Source of the DNA: a virus
IMG/VR virus record: IMGVR_UViG_3300044970_000539
Span: 41,136 to 105,135 of that record
Length of the DNA stretch: 64,000 nucleotides
Direction: 5' to 3' (one strand)
Part shown: positions 18,700 to 28,309 of the stretch, piece after piece
Layout: every line of letters starts with the position of its first letter
Position numbering within the stretch: the stretch's first letter is position 1
Notes under the pieces: generated by a model
Seen by the model: the letters and a program-made list of their open reading frames with translations, nothing else
Told to the model about the DNA's origin: nothing
The model's database searches: none
Translations under genes and position numbers: made by a program

Positions 18700-18793
18700 A
18701 GTTAAACCCTTCTTTATTGTTGACATTTTGTTTAGAATACCTTTTAATTGTATCATATTGAAAAAATTTTTGCAAGTATGGTAGAATTATAAT

Positions 18794-19000
18794 ATGTGCA
18801 CATTTTGCAAGGGTATATTAACCCCAATTGTATATTCACGGGTAGTTGACGATGTGCTTCTTGGTATGCATAAAACGGGACAAATAATCTTATCAGGTCC
18901 ATCAGAAAGATATTCAGACCACCCTAGATCATATTGTAGAGCCTGTCAAGAGCCAAGCACTATAGAAGTTTCCATTGATAACGCATTAGTTCTAGACTAA
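18794..19000 (+). CDS. Small zinc-ribbon protein
   Basis: CTFC...PIVY...CRAC; leaderless start. Confidence 0.6.
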   Translation: MCTFCKGILTPIVYSRVVDDVLLGMHKTGQIILSGPSERYSDHPRSYCRACQEPSTIEVSIDNALVLD

Positions 19001-19387
19001 TCTTTATCTGGTATCTCATCAAACCTACGATAGCCTTTTCTAACCAGAACCTTTGCTATTTGAAATGTAGCAAGTAGATATCCAAATAGCATTCCGTATA
19101 ATATATGTAAAAGCATCAATCAATCCTATCTAAATCTTCAAGACTATATACTCCATATAGATTTATCATTTCTTCAACACTAAACTCTAAATCAAACTCT
19201 TCTTCAGTATCCACCTGTGCACTCATTTCTTGTATGATATAGTCTAATCTTTGTCATAATTTTGCGGGATGGAGCATAAAGATCTTCCTTACAAGTTAAA
19301 CACTTATAAGACCATTCCCCAGTAAAGAAGTCATGAACATAACCTTTGGCATTAGCATACTTCTTGGCTACAAAGGTTTGAAAGGGA

Positions 19388-19555
19388 TCAGGAATCTCTA
19401 GTGACTGGATCAAGTCTATCCCAAAACCCCATAGAATTCCCAACGAATACCTGACCAGTTTCTCTATCTACAAGAAGATATTTTTCTGGACATCTAGTTT
19501 TAACTGTAAGACCAATTGGTTGTTCTAATTTTTCAAACTTTTTTGACTGTATCAT
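19388..19555 (-). CDS. Hypothetical protein
   Basis: VKTRCPEKYLLVDRETGQVF motif; operon context. Confidence 0.6.
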   Translation of the reverse strand: MIQSKKFEKLEQPIGLTVKTRCPEKYLLVDRETGQVFVGNSMGFWDRLDPVTRDS

Positions 19556-19902
19556 TTTCTTCCTTTTCCCATATTTTTTTACCATCTTTGTAGACTGGCC
19601 AATAGCCCAAGGCTCTCCAGTCCATCTTCGTAATCTTAGGTTCTTTTGGCATACGCACACCAAATTCTACCATCTGTCATTGTTTGATGTGTTTCCCAAA
19701 ACAATGGATCTTTGTGTGACATCTTACACTTTACGCATTCATTCTTATTCAAAGTCTACCTGGCTTTCAAAGATGCTGTTCTCTCCTCTTGCTATTTTTG
19801 CAGCAGCAATACGCATACCAAGTGCATTTGTTACTCCTGTTTCAATTGGAATCAACTCAATAGCCTTGGCAATTTCTTCTCGCAAAATCATATCATCTAT
19901 GC

Positions 19903-20349
19903 TCATTTAACACCGTCCCAAGTTCCTATCTTTGTTGTAGGAATCTTATTGTCTTCCCACAATCTTATCACATTTGGGTTATCATCTACTGCATGTGTTA
20001 CATCCCAGAGTTTAGTAATCTTATCAAGCATATCTTTCTTTGCTTCATAGTCTGGTCGGTTATCATCGTCTGCTCTCATAAACAAGCCATGCGATCTAAT
20101 ATTGTTCTTTGCAAGCCACATGGATGTAAGACCACGGTATTTTTCTTTGCGTGATGTAACAACTAAAATAGAGTGTCCATCGCTAACAGAATTATTAAGC
20201 ATTTCTAATACCTCAATATTTGGCAGGGCATCAATAGAGGCAGAATGAAAGGCATCGTAATCCCTATCAGAGCCACGGACAAAATGTAAGTATGGGTCAA
20301 CATTGGCAAGAGTGCCGTCTACGTCATATATATGTGCTGTTGGTTTCAT
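19903..20349 (-). CDS. HAD-family phosphatase (polynucleotide kinase-phosphatase-type domain)
   Basis: IYDVDGTL, VTSR, LFMR..D.RPD, AVDDNP. Confidence 0.88.
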   Translation of the reverse strand: MKPTAHIYDVDGTLANVDPYLHFVRGSDRDYDAFHSASIDALPNIEVLEMLNNSVSDGHSILVVTSRKEKYRGLTSMWLAKNNIRSHGLFMRADDDNRPDYEAKKDMLDKITKLWDVTHAVDDNPNVIRLWEDNKIPTTKIGTWDGVK

Positions 20350-20433
20350 ATATCAAGTATACAGTTCGGCGAAAAGTATGTCAAGTTCGGCGCAAAAATA
20401 GGAGTTAACAAACCTTCCCTTGAGTCTAACGAC

Positions 20434-21006
20434 TCACCCTTGGTTAGCAGGCTTCAACTTGCTCAAATAGTATTTATACTCTGAGACTAATCTAGATTTC
20501 TTACTGGAGTTACATTTCCTACAAAGAGGCTGAAGGTTTCCAATTGAATGGTTTCCCGACCTAGATATGGGAATAATATGATCCATCGTAATCTTTTCTG
20601 TTGCCCCGCAGAAGGCACAGGGAGAGTTATAGAGACGTTTATACTCTTTATCTAATATCTTATAACTCTTGGCATCTTTGGCTATCTTACGCTTGATATG
20701 GGAGTTGGCTACATGAAGGGTAAATCTTTCACGGTTTGCTTGATTCCAAGCCTTAGCAGTTGCTACACGCCTTGCACTATTTTCTTGACGATAGATAGCC
20801 TTCTTAGTCATATAAACTTGATCTTGCTTTTGTTTTACCCAACGCTCTTTATTTTTCTTTTGCCATTGCTTTTTATATTTCTCTGGATTAGCCTTTTGCC
20901 AAGCCTTAGAATACTCTTTGGCACATGGCTTACATTGTGACTGACCTTTATAAAAGTCTGTGACAAGGCAGGTCTTTTGACATTTTCTGCAAACCTTTGT
21001 ATCCAT
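20434..21006 (-). CDS. HNH endonuclease
   Basis: CAFC...MDHIIPISRSG.H...NLQPLCRKCNSSK. Confidence 0.92.
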   Translation of the reverse strand: MDTKVCRKCQKTCLVTDFYKGQSQCKPCAKEYSKAWQKANPEKYKKQWQKKNKERWVKQKQDQVYMTKKAIYRQENSARRVATAKAWNQANRERFTLHVANSHIKRKIAKDAKSYKILDKEYKRLYNSPCAFCGATEKITMDHIIPISRSGNHSIGNLQPLCRKCNSSKKSRLVSEYKYYLSKLKPANQG

Positions 21007-21232
21007 ATACCTATTCTACCAATTTTGCCAGGGTATGTCAAGAATGCTCTTTACACACAGGCATAGGAATATCTTCTACTGGTATAAACATATGTCTAGG
21101 TTTGCGACATATATAGCATAGGCTCCAGGGGACTATGTTCTTGAATTTAATGTCATTAAAGTACTTTTGCTGTAGAGACTTTCGTTCATCATTAGATAGT
21201 CCCATATGCTGATTATAGCCTATAATGTATGC

Positions 21233-21550
21233 ATGGAGCAAGCCATACTATACCTACTATACAGTCCAGAGCATAAGGCTATTAAGATAGGCATATCAGA
21301 TATCTCAGGTAAAAGGTTTGCAAGCCACAGGACCAAAGGTTGGATCTTGATTAAGTATTGGCATTTTTTTGAACGGTATAGGGCAAAAGAAGTAGAAACT
21401 ACAGTACTAAGAACACTAAGGGATAGATACGGACACTATCTAACTAAAGAACAAATGCCTCATGGGGGATATACGGAGACATTTGATGCAAATAAAGTAA
21501 CCAGGAGGATGTTGATCCGTATGGTTAATAAGGCGATTAAAGAGGTTTGA
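21233..21550 (+). CDS. GIY-YIG/T5orf172-like nuclease domain protein
   Basis: LYLLY...IKIGIS...RF..H...GYTETF. Confidence 0.7.
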   Translation: MEQAILYLLYSPEHKAIKIGISDISGKRFASHRTKGWILIKYWHFFERYRAKEVETTVLRTLRDRYGHYLTKEQMPHGGYTETFDANKVTRRMLIRMVNKAIKEV

Positions 21551-21689
21551 GACTATTGCTTTAATGGCATAACAGCATCACATATACAGATGATTGACTC
21601 TGGCAATGTATGGACTTTAGTATTGATTGCAATAGTTGTTGCACACTCTGGACACTTGTATGTATTCTTCATATACCCATCATATCATA

Positions 21690-22415
21690 GAGTTATCCAC
21701 AGGTTTTATGTTAGAAATGTCATAGTTATCCACAAGTTATCCACAATTAAATGTTACTGATATTTTTTAGATTTATCCCAAAGTGGAGGAAAGTGGAGGA
21801 TAGTGGTTTATGGAGCACTTTTATAGAGGGCGTTCGTAATGTCGCAGAGCGCCAAACCTCCTACCATAAAACCTTTACATTGTCAAACCTTCATATTTGG
21901 ATAGCGGATTATACTCCCAAACCTCTATATTGTCAAGTATATTTGATAACAATTTGATAACAAACCCCTATATAAAACCTCTCAAAATGTGAGAAAAATG
22001 TAGAAAAACCTCTATAAAAATATATAAAGGTTTGATAAATATTCTAAAATCCAGGGAAAAATATATGTCCTTCGTAATGTCTTTTATACTATAGGGTTTG
22101 GTATATCTTTTGATCCCCCGCTGCAGAATGTCTGATAATCCTGGGTTTCATTGCAGGGCGGGGGATAAATAAAGAGAGTTCGTAATACCCCTATAGTAAT
22201 AACAAACCATACATTCTGGTTTTTGGATATAGAGGTTTGAAAGATATGAGTTTATATGATATAAGGTTTGACAAACAAGGTTTGATATGCTAGAATCCTG
22301 GGAAATTTATAGGTCGTTCGTAATCTTTTTTATTGGGATATAAGGTTTGATCGAAAACCCTGCGAATTTTTTAGAAGGTTCGTAATAAGGTTTGGTGTGT
22401 AAAAGGTTTTTCGAA
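21690..22415. repeat. Non-coding repeat-rich region (origin-like or terminus-like)
   Basis: Three TTATCCACA, five TTCGTAAT, >12 AGGTTT/AAACCT, GC hairpin 22113-22166. Confidence 0.65.
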
Positions 22416-22419
22416 AATC

Positions 22420-22698
22420 TCAGTCTTCAGCAGCAGAGATTTCCAAAACCTCATCAAGGGTCATGCCTTCAATGATGTCATCTTCAGTAAGTTTAATAGA
22501 CTCAAGAAACATTTCAAATGTGTCAGCAATGTATCTGCGACCATCATCTGAAACCTCAACAACCAAACCCTGTGATGTTAGATATGCCAATGGCAATCCG
22601 AGATCGTTGTATTCTATAAAGGCTCTGAAGTCTTTCTCTTCTTTATAGTTTTCATACAACTCCCCCAGGATTACACACTGTGTTACAAAATCTGTCAC
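22420..22698 (-). CDS. Hypothetical acidic protein
   Basis: ORF; ATGA overlap with the upstream gene. Confidence 0.75.
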   Translation of the reverse strand: MTDFVTQCVILGELYENYKEEKDFRAFIEYNDLGLPLAYLTSQGLVVEVSDDGRRYIADTFEMFLESIKLTEDDIIEGMTLDEVLEISAAED

Positions 22699-22973
22699 TC
22701 TTTAACTTCCTGTGCCCTGAAAAAGTCTAGAGCCGTGTCATACATAACTTCTGGGTCAAGGTCACGCATCTCGCAAAGTTCTCTCCATGCATACTCTAAC
22801 TCAAACTCACCAAGAGATGTAAGTGTTACCCACTCTGCTGCGACATACTCTGCTAACTTTAGTTCATCTACAAGCCCTGCCCAAAAATCAATTGGTAGGT
22901 AAGACACCTCTACAAGGCTTTCAGCCTCAATACTAATGTAAGCCAAAATGTCTGCTATCTTGTTATAATCCAT
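22695..22973 (-). CDS. Hypothetical acidic protein
   Basis: ORF in operon. Confidence 0.7.
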   Translation of the reverse strand: MDYNKIADILAYISIEAESLVEVSYLPIDFWAGLVDELKLAEYVAAEWVTLTSLGEFELEYAWRELCEMRDLDPEVMYDTALDFFRAQEVKE

Positions 22974-23190
22974 GTCTCCACCGTTCCATTTGTAGTTTAG
23001 GGTCTAGAATACCTTCTTTTTCATACTCTGCACTTTCAATTATAGCAATTAAACGAGTGTATGTCAAGTGTGGCAATACCCTAGCAAGCATTATGCCTGT
23101 CTGTTCAAGGTCTAGATTTAAGTCCTCAATAATAGGTTTAATTCGCATAGCCACACGCTCTTCTGGCGTGATACCTCTACTAATTCTCAA
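22963..23190 (-). CDS. Hypothetical protein
   Basis: TTG start after GAAGGGG. Confidence 0.65.
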   Translation of the reverse strand: MRISRGITPEERVAMRIKPIIEDLNLDLEQTGIMLARVLPHLTYTRLIAIIESAEYEKEGILDPKLQMERWRHGL

Positions 23191-23303
23191 AGCGTCCCCC
23201 TTCTATCCATTATACCAAAAGTATAGGGGGAGGGCAACCCACCACAGATGCCCTCCACCCTTTGGCATAGTCTGACCCTAGATCTATGCCTGCTCATTGT
23301 AAA

Positions 23304-23660
23304 CTAAACTAATGCTGGCAGATAGGCATTAATAAATAACTGCCAGTCAACCTGTAGGTCTTTGCCTGCTTCATAGATAGTTTCTTTAGCAATATCAATA
23401 ACGACGGTGGTCTCGCCTAGTTCAAAGTTGGTACCCTTGATAGCATAAATGCCAAACCCTGTTTCTTCTAGCACGGAGTCTTGAATAAGATAACTAATCA
23501 TCATACGGGTAAAGTAAGCATAGTCTTTCCACCTAGGCTTTGAATGCTGCAGAGCCATTGCTAGGTCCCGCTGCCATTCTGTCTCACCCCAGTGGCTATA
23601 GAGCACTACGTGTGCTTCATCCTCAACGTCTTTAAATACAAAATTAATACGGGCTCCCAT
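23304..23660 (-). CDS. Hypothetical protein (MGAR...LYSHWG family)
   Basis: ORF with RBS-like GGAAGGAAG. Confidence 0.75.
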   Translation of the reverse strand: MGARINFVFKDVEDEAHVVLYSHWGETEWQRDLAMALQHSKPRWKDYAYFTRMMISYLIQDSVLEETGFGIYAIKGTNFELGETTVVIDIAKETIYEAGKDLQVDWQLFINAYLPALV

Positions 23661-23802
23661 TACTCTTCTTCCTTCCAAGATACAATTGATAGTTGGTTTA
23701 ATATTTCATTGACAAGGTCTGCTTCATTATCTGATTCAGCCTCGTATCTAAATGTCATGTAATCACCTGTGGGTTCAAAGATGATTTCTACTTTATATTC
23801 GT

Positions 23803-24165
23803 TCATAGGTCTATTCCTTCGCAGTCGTGGGTTTCTTCTTCAAGTGTATCACCGCAGAAATCACATGTCAAGTCTGGTTCTCCTACCATGATTTGAATAA
23901 TAGTATTATCAGGCACAGGCTTCTCACTAAGGAAATAGCCAATGCGATTAACAAATCCCCAGCCGCTCCAGATATAGGTACCGCCATCGTCTCCGTCGCC
24001 ATACATCCAGATGCGGTTTTGTGGCTGGGACTTAATAAACTCTACCTCATCACCATAGGTCTCATACATCAAACCATCAAAGGAGGCATCTATGTCATAT
24101 GAGTTAAGTATAAACTTAAACTGCTCATCTGCTTCTTCAAAGGTCATTTCAATAAGTTTATCCAT
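23803..24165 (-). CDS. Hypothetical protein
   Basis: MYETYG.E...SGW.FVNRIGY motif; C-terminal CxxC. Confidence 0.75.
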   Translation of the reverse strand: MDKLIEMTFEEADEQFKFILNSYDIDASFDGLMYETYGDEVEFIKSQPQNRIWMYGDGDDGGTYIWSGWGFVNRIGYFLSEKPVPDNTIIQIMVGEPDLTCDFCGDTLEEETHDCEGIDL

Positions 24166-24403
24166 TGGCCTTGGTCCTATCTGCTATAGCAAATGCTAGT
24201 TGGTATGTTAGTTGGTATACATTAGCATATGCGTCAAGTACACCTTCTAAGTAATCTCTTGCAGGTCCGTCCTCAATACCAGAAAGACGTGTCTGTGTGT
24301 CATACATAAGGTTTTTAAGTTCACCGTGTAGGATATCAGTTCCTGACTCTCCCATATCAATTAGTTTCTGTAGGTTTGGTGCTAGTTTGTCTCCATTTGT
24401 CAT
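24158..24403 (-). CDS. Hypothetical protein (leaderless)
   Basis: ATG follows TATACT after 6 nt. Confidence 0.75.
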   Translation of the reverse strand: MTNGDKLAPNLQKLIDMGESGTDILHGELKNLMYDTQTRLSGIEDGPARDYLEGVLDAYANVYQLTYQLAFAIADRTKANG

Positions 24404-24573
24404 TTATTAAGTATATCCTCTGCTACTGACAAAAGGTGGCGGGTAGCCTCAATTGCTCCAACATTATAATGCCAGTCAATTGAATCCTCTCCTAACGATG
24501 ACTGTTCAATTAGTTCCTTGTCTTGTTCAAGACTGATTAAATGAATCTTCATATACTCAATAAACTGGGTCAT
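24400..24573 (-). CDS. Hypothetical protein (57 aa)
   Basis: AAGGA RBS; overlaps both neighbours. Confidence 0.6.
   Translation of the reverse strand: MTQFIEYMKIHLISLEQDKELIEQSSLGEDSIDWHYNVGAIEATRHLLSVAEDILNK
24410..24432 (-). promoter_or_regulatory. TGTCAG-N10-TANNNT promoter (PafBC/RecA-NDp-like)
   Basis: TTGTCAG TAGCAGAGGA TATACT. Confidence 0.75.
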
Positions 24574-24743
24574 TATCTATCCTTTCGTAAAGAGGTTTCT
24601 CGCAGGGCAGGGTCAAAGATTTCGCAGTAGCAGACATGGCATAGCATGAAGTTATCAGCCTCATCAACATTAAGTTTATTCTTGCATACTGTGCAGTCGT
24701 ATTCAGTAAAGGTGGCAAATCGGGTGTAAATTACATTGGTCAT
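24573..24743 (-). CDS. Zinc-finger microprotein (56 aa)
   Basis: CTVC...CHVC; leaderless after TATAAT. Confidence 0.6.
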   Translation of the reverse strand: MTNVIYTRFATFTEYDCTVCKNKLNVDEADNFMLCHVCYCEIFDPALRETSLRKDR

Positions 24744-24747
24744 AATA

Positions 24748-24963
24748 CTAATTATACGGGTTGGTGTTGATTTTCACAAGCCCACGGGGTGTGACCTTGC
24801 TCACATCTGTAATGATAGGGGCATTTCCATCTTCTTCTGATATTAGGACAACTATTCCATACCCTCCACAAATACAGGCAGGATCAAGAACCTTATCAGC
24901 ACAAGCAGTGATTTGAATCAGCGCATCACAATCAGTACATAGATAATCATACTTAGTCCACAT
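24748..24963 (-). CDS. Zinc-ribbon microprotein
   Basis: YDYLCTDC...CIC; GGAG RBS. Confidence 0.65.
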   Translation of the reverse strand: MWTKYDYLCTDCDALIQITACADKVLDPACICGGYGIVVLISEEDGNAPIITDVSKVTPRGLVKINTNPYN

Positions 24964-25495
24964 TGATTACTCCCCAGCACTTATCGCAGGTAAAGCCATT
25001 AGGTAGGGAAACATCATCAACTCTATCTCCTTCTACCCCATCCCAGCAGGGTACACAAATAACACAATCATCTAAGTAAACACCAATAGTATTCATTAGT
25101 CAAAATACCCTTCTGCCCATAAGCCCTGGAGAAACTGTTGTGCCATTAAGATACCCTCTTTATCATCAGGGTCAGTTATATACTTATATGAATTGTGTAC
25201 AGCATTGCTCATCTTATCTAAATCATCAATGGTATAACCTAACATTATTCTCCCCAATATTCTACTATAAGGTTTAATGCACTACAGATACGGCAATCAC
25301 AAGGGTCTCCCCCCATGTTTTCCATAAATTCAATGTGAGAGAAATTATCCTCACAGATTTGTTCAACAAGGTCTTTTACTGTGTAAGGTTTGAATGTGGT
25401 AGTCATATATTAATTATAGCCGAAATCCTAGAAAAATACAAATCCTTACGTAATCGTAAAGTGTGTTTAATATCACATTGTCGAAAAATTTCTTG

Positions 25496-25569
25496 CGATC
25501 CGTACGGGACTTGAACCCGTGACCTCCACCGTGACAGGGTGGCGAACTAACCAACTATTCTAACGGACC
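25496..25569 (-). tRNA. tRNA-Asp(GTC)
   Basis: GGTCCGT/ACGGATC; CCACC-CTGTCAC-GGTGG; GGTTCAAGTCC. Confidence 0.92.
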
Positions 25570-25573
25570 GTGT

Positions 25574-25601
25574 GAGCAGTTTTAATTCTTACTCAGGAAT
25601 T
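25574..25601 (-). ncRNA. H-type pseudoknot element, copy 2
   Basis: AATTC-CTGAGTAA-GAATT-AAAAC-TGCTC. Confidence 0.7.
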
Positions 25602-25608
25602 TTTTTAA

Positions 25609-26625
25609 TTATGCAATTTGCAAAGTGCTTTGCACAATCTTTAGCAAACGATTTTTTTCTGCATTAATAGCAGGGTCAAAACCACTTGCAGATGCAAGGA
25701 TAGATTCGTTAGAACCACCACGAGCAGAACGGTACCAATCAAGGCGTTCAGTTAGTGCATTGAAAGCACCCCAAGCATTACCAGCAATCATGCCGTTAAA
25801 CTCGCCTGTGTAGATGTCATTGATAACATCAACCTTGTTTTCCCACTTCTTGAAAGCACCCTTAGAATCTTTTTCTGGCTTAGGGTATGCAGCAAGAATG
25901 ATGTCGTTAAATTGCTTAGCAGAAACTTCCTTCTCAATCATAGCCTTAGCCATGAGGTCAAAAGAATCCATGTACTTGTGAGCCATGCCAAGAGTCTCAC
26001 GAGCAACGGCAACCTTACCAGAAGCGGTCTGAGTGTGGCGAATCTTGAAAGATTGCTTGACACCATTCTTTTTCTTAGTAGTGTTTAGTGCAAGATTAAG
26101 AGTGTTAGCGCACACAACACGAACAGGTGTAATGCTTGCTTGAATAGCGATTGAGCCGTCATGTGATGTGTTGATAAGTAAATAAGTCTTTACCTTATCT
26201 GCAACACCGTTAGGGTCTAGGACAGTTTCACGCTCTAGTGCTAATGCACCGAATACGACACGACCACCCTTGATTGAGCCAGCCGTTTCCCAACGACCTC
26301 CACCGTCAAGAATGTTGTCACCGAATGAGAATAAATCTTCATTCTGCATAACATGATAACGCTCACCAACGACACCAAGAATGTCGGTCTGTGAGTTATC
26401 AGTAGGGTTAGTACGCAAAACATACTGGTATGCCTTGTCGCTTGTTAAGTGTGATGGGGTTTCCAAATCTTCCAGACGAACATTCCAATTATTTAGATTG
26501 GCAGCAGCAAGCATTTCGCTTGTTGTTTTTTCTTCTGTAAATACGGTACCCAATCCATGCCAAGCAGGTTCACGAAATGATGCAAAACTTGCTACGCCAT
26601 TTTGTGATTCTAGTTCATGTGCCAT
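25609..26625 (-). CDS. DUF932 / phage-plasmid protein (TIGR03299-like)
   Basis: MAHELE...PAWHGLG, ETAGSIKGG, SHDGS, TPVRVVCANTL, IRHT; AGGAG RBS. Confidence 0.9.
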   Translation of the reverse strand: MAHELESQNGVASFASFREPAWHGLGTVFTEEKTTSEMLAAANLNNWNVRLEDLETPSHLTSDKAYQYVLRTNPTDNSQTDILGVVGERYHVMQNEDLFSFGDNILDGGGRWETAGSIKGGRVVFGALALERETVLDPNGVADKVKTYLLINTSHDGSIAIQASITPVRVVCANTLNLALNTTKKKNGVKQSFKIRHTQTASGKVAVARETLGMAHKYMDSFDLMAKAMIEKEVSAKQFNDIILAAYPKPEKDSKGAFKKWENKVDVINDIYTGEFNGMIAGNAWGAFNALTERLDWYRSARGGSNESILASASGFDPAINAEKNRLLKIVQSTLQIA

Positions 26626-26656
26626 GAGTTTTCTCCTTTTTGTTGTTGTTAATTTA

Positions 26657-26679
26657 AGTATACACGGACGGTCTGACAA
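26657..26679 (-). promoter_or_regulatory. TGTCAG-N10-TANNNT promoter
   Basis: TTGCAT-TTGTCAG ACCGTCCGTG TATACT. Confidence 0.75.
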
Positions 26680-26801
26680 ATGCAAATCGGGATAGTTAAA
26701 CATAGGGCAATTCGGACATTTTTCTTGTGATCTTAAACACATGCTCGTAACTTGACATTGACTGGTCAGCCGTGTCGAAAAATTTTTCAAGGGATTGAGC
26801 G

Positions 26802-26829
26802 GAGCAGTTTTAAAACATGCTCAGGTTTT
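26802..26829 (-). ncRNA. H-type pseudoknot element, copy 3
   Basis: AAAAC-CTGAGCAT-GTTTT-AAAAC-TGCTC. Confidence 0.7.
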
Positions 26830-26844
26830 GTTAGTAGCCCCCTA

Positions 26845-27261
26845 CTAAATATCTACTCTGTCAACACTGGATGACAAATAAGTTACCTCTTCACCATATG
26901 AAACAGAATCAAAATCAATTTCATGAATTGCATTAATTGCTTCTTCTTCATTACGTGCATTGACTGTAATTGAATACTGAACTGAAACTTCCAATTCAAA
27001 TTCTTTTGCTAATTCAAAACCACAGATGTCTGCAATTTCTTGTGCAGTGCTCTCATCAATGGTACCGTTTTCCATTGTTTCCAAGGTCCACTCTTGCATT
27101 TCATTACGCATACGGGAGCGCTCTGCAGCCTCGCCGTATGAGCGCTGAGTTACTTCTTGAATGTGCTTTTCTAATTGCTCAATGCGTGTTTTGTTTTGTA
27201 CTAGTTGTGACTCAAGAAACTCTCGTGTCATGTAGTGATTGTCTATTACTGGTTGGTCCAT
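26845..27261 (-). CDS. Hypothetical coiled-coil protein
   Basis: ORF with own promoter and RBS. Confidence 0.8.
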   Translation of the reverse strand: MDQPVIDNHYMTREFLESQLVQNKTRIEQLEKHIQEVTQRSYGEAAERSRMRNEMQEWTLETMENGTIDESTAQEIADICGFELAKEFELEVSVQYSITVNARNEEEAINAIHEIDFDSVSYGEEVTYLSSSVDRVDI

Positions 27262-27293
27262 GGGGGCCCTCTTTCTGTTAGTTGTTTAATTTA

Positions 27294-27323
27294 ATTATAC
27301 TGGGCACCACTGACAAATGTCAA
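27294..27323 (-). promoter_or_regulatory. TGTCAG-N10-TANNNT promoter with a perfect -35
   Basis: TTGACA-TT-TGTCAG TGGTGCCCAG TATAAT. Confidence 0.85.
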
Positions 27324-27337
27324 GATCCCCTTACGGG

Positions 27338-27364
27338 GAGTAGTTTATACACATACTCAGGTGT
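27338..27364 (-). ncRNA. H-type pseudoknot element, copy 4
   Basis: ACAC-CTGAGTAT-GTGT-ATAAAC-TACTC. Confidence 0.65.
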
Positions 27365-27419
27365 CTCATCTCAGGCATACCTACGCATCATGGCATAGGG
27401 CTTAGCAGAGATAAATTAT

Positions 27420-27845
27420 TTAGAGATAACGAGCAATAGCGTTGTATGTAGAAGTATTAACTACTTCCTCATCTGTCATCTTGAGAATACGAATAGCGTT
27501 CTCAATTTCCTGCTTTTGCTCTAGGTATGAGTGACGACCCATTTGCTCAAACTCACGCTCAGGCTCTACTGGCAGACCTTCTTTAGATACTGTCAGGTCA
27601 AAGTCAATGTTGAGTTGGTTGTTCCATGAGCGATAGTTAGTGCGGAAGTTTTCTGCCTTCTTGATGTTTGCTACTGCATACTCAACAAGTTCCTTCTGCC
27701 ACTTCTCATAAGCCTTCTTATACTTTGCTTCGTTTGCTTCTTGTGAGGTGTAAGACTTTTCTAGTTCTGCTAAACGAGTTTCTAGTGCCTTAATTACCTT
27801 TGGTGTTGCGATTTTTACTGAGATTGATTTTCCGTTTCTTGCCAT
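27420..27845 (-). CDS. Hypothetical protein
   Basis: 141-aa ORF. Confidence 0.8.
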   Translation of the reverse strand: MARNGKSISVKIATPKVIKALETRLAELEKSYTSQEANEAKYKKAYEKWQKELVEYAVANIKKAENFRTNYRSWNNQLNIDFDLTVSKEGLPVEPEREFEQMGRHSYLEQKQEIENAIRILKMTDEEVVNTSTYNAIARYL

Positions 27846-27891
27846 GTGTTTTCTCTTTTCTTTGGTGGTTTAATTGTTAGGGGGTTGTGTT

Positions 27892-27919
27892 GAGCAGTTT
27901 GTATTCATGCTCAGGAATA
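27892..27919 (-). ncRNA. H-type pseudoknot element, copy 5
   Basis: TATTC-CTGAGCAT-GAATA-CAAAC-TGCTC. Confidence 0.7.
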
Positions 27920-27929
27920 AGCAATTAGA

Positions 27930-28094
27930 TTACTTAGCCGTCCAAGTTGTGTATCGGTGTGAGCCATTGACATCTAACTTTACACGAACATTACCATTTG
28001 GTTGTGGGTTAATCTCTACGATTGTTCCTGTTACCTTTGACTTCTGTGTTGTGTATGTGTCGCCTACCTTGTAGGTTGCTGTTGCTACTGACAT
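27930..28094 (-). CDS. Small SH3/KOW-like beta protein
   Basis: YKVGDTY...GTIVEI...VRVKL; AGGAG RBS. Confidence 0.7.
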   Translation of the reverse strand: MSVATATYKVGDTYTTQKSKVTGTIVEINPQPNGNVRVKLDVNGSHRYTTWTAK

Positions 28095-28135
28095 TGTGTT
28101 TCTCCTTTTGTTTAGTGTGTTTTGCTTATGTATTA

Positions 28136-28157
28136 AGTGTAACATTTCCTACTGACA
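28136..28157 (-). promoter_or_regulatory. TGTCAG-N10-TANNNT promoter
   Basis: TGTCAG TAGGAAATGT TACACT. Confidence 0.7.
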
Positions 28158-28309
28158 TTATCAACATTTTTCTGAGATTTCTCACTATTTGAGACGCTCA
28201 GGGGGTGTGAGTTGAGTCACATTAGACAGATTGAGGGCTATTGTCCACCTGCCACGATTAGCATGATTAGTAGCCCTATTCCTGTTGCTATTACTATTTC
28301 CATTTTTCC

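Noticed and set aside
21751-21957. 68-aa ORF in the repeat region
   Set aside because: No RBS or recognisable protein features; lies within regulatory repeats
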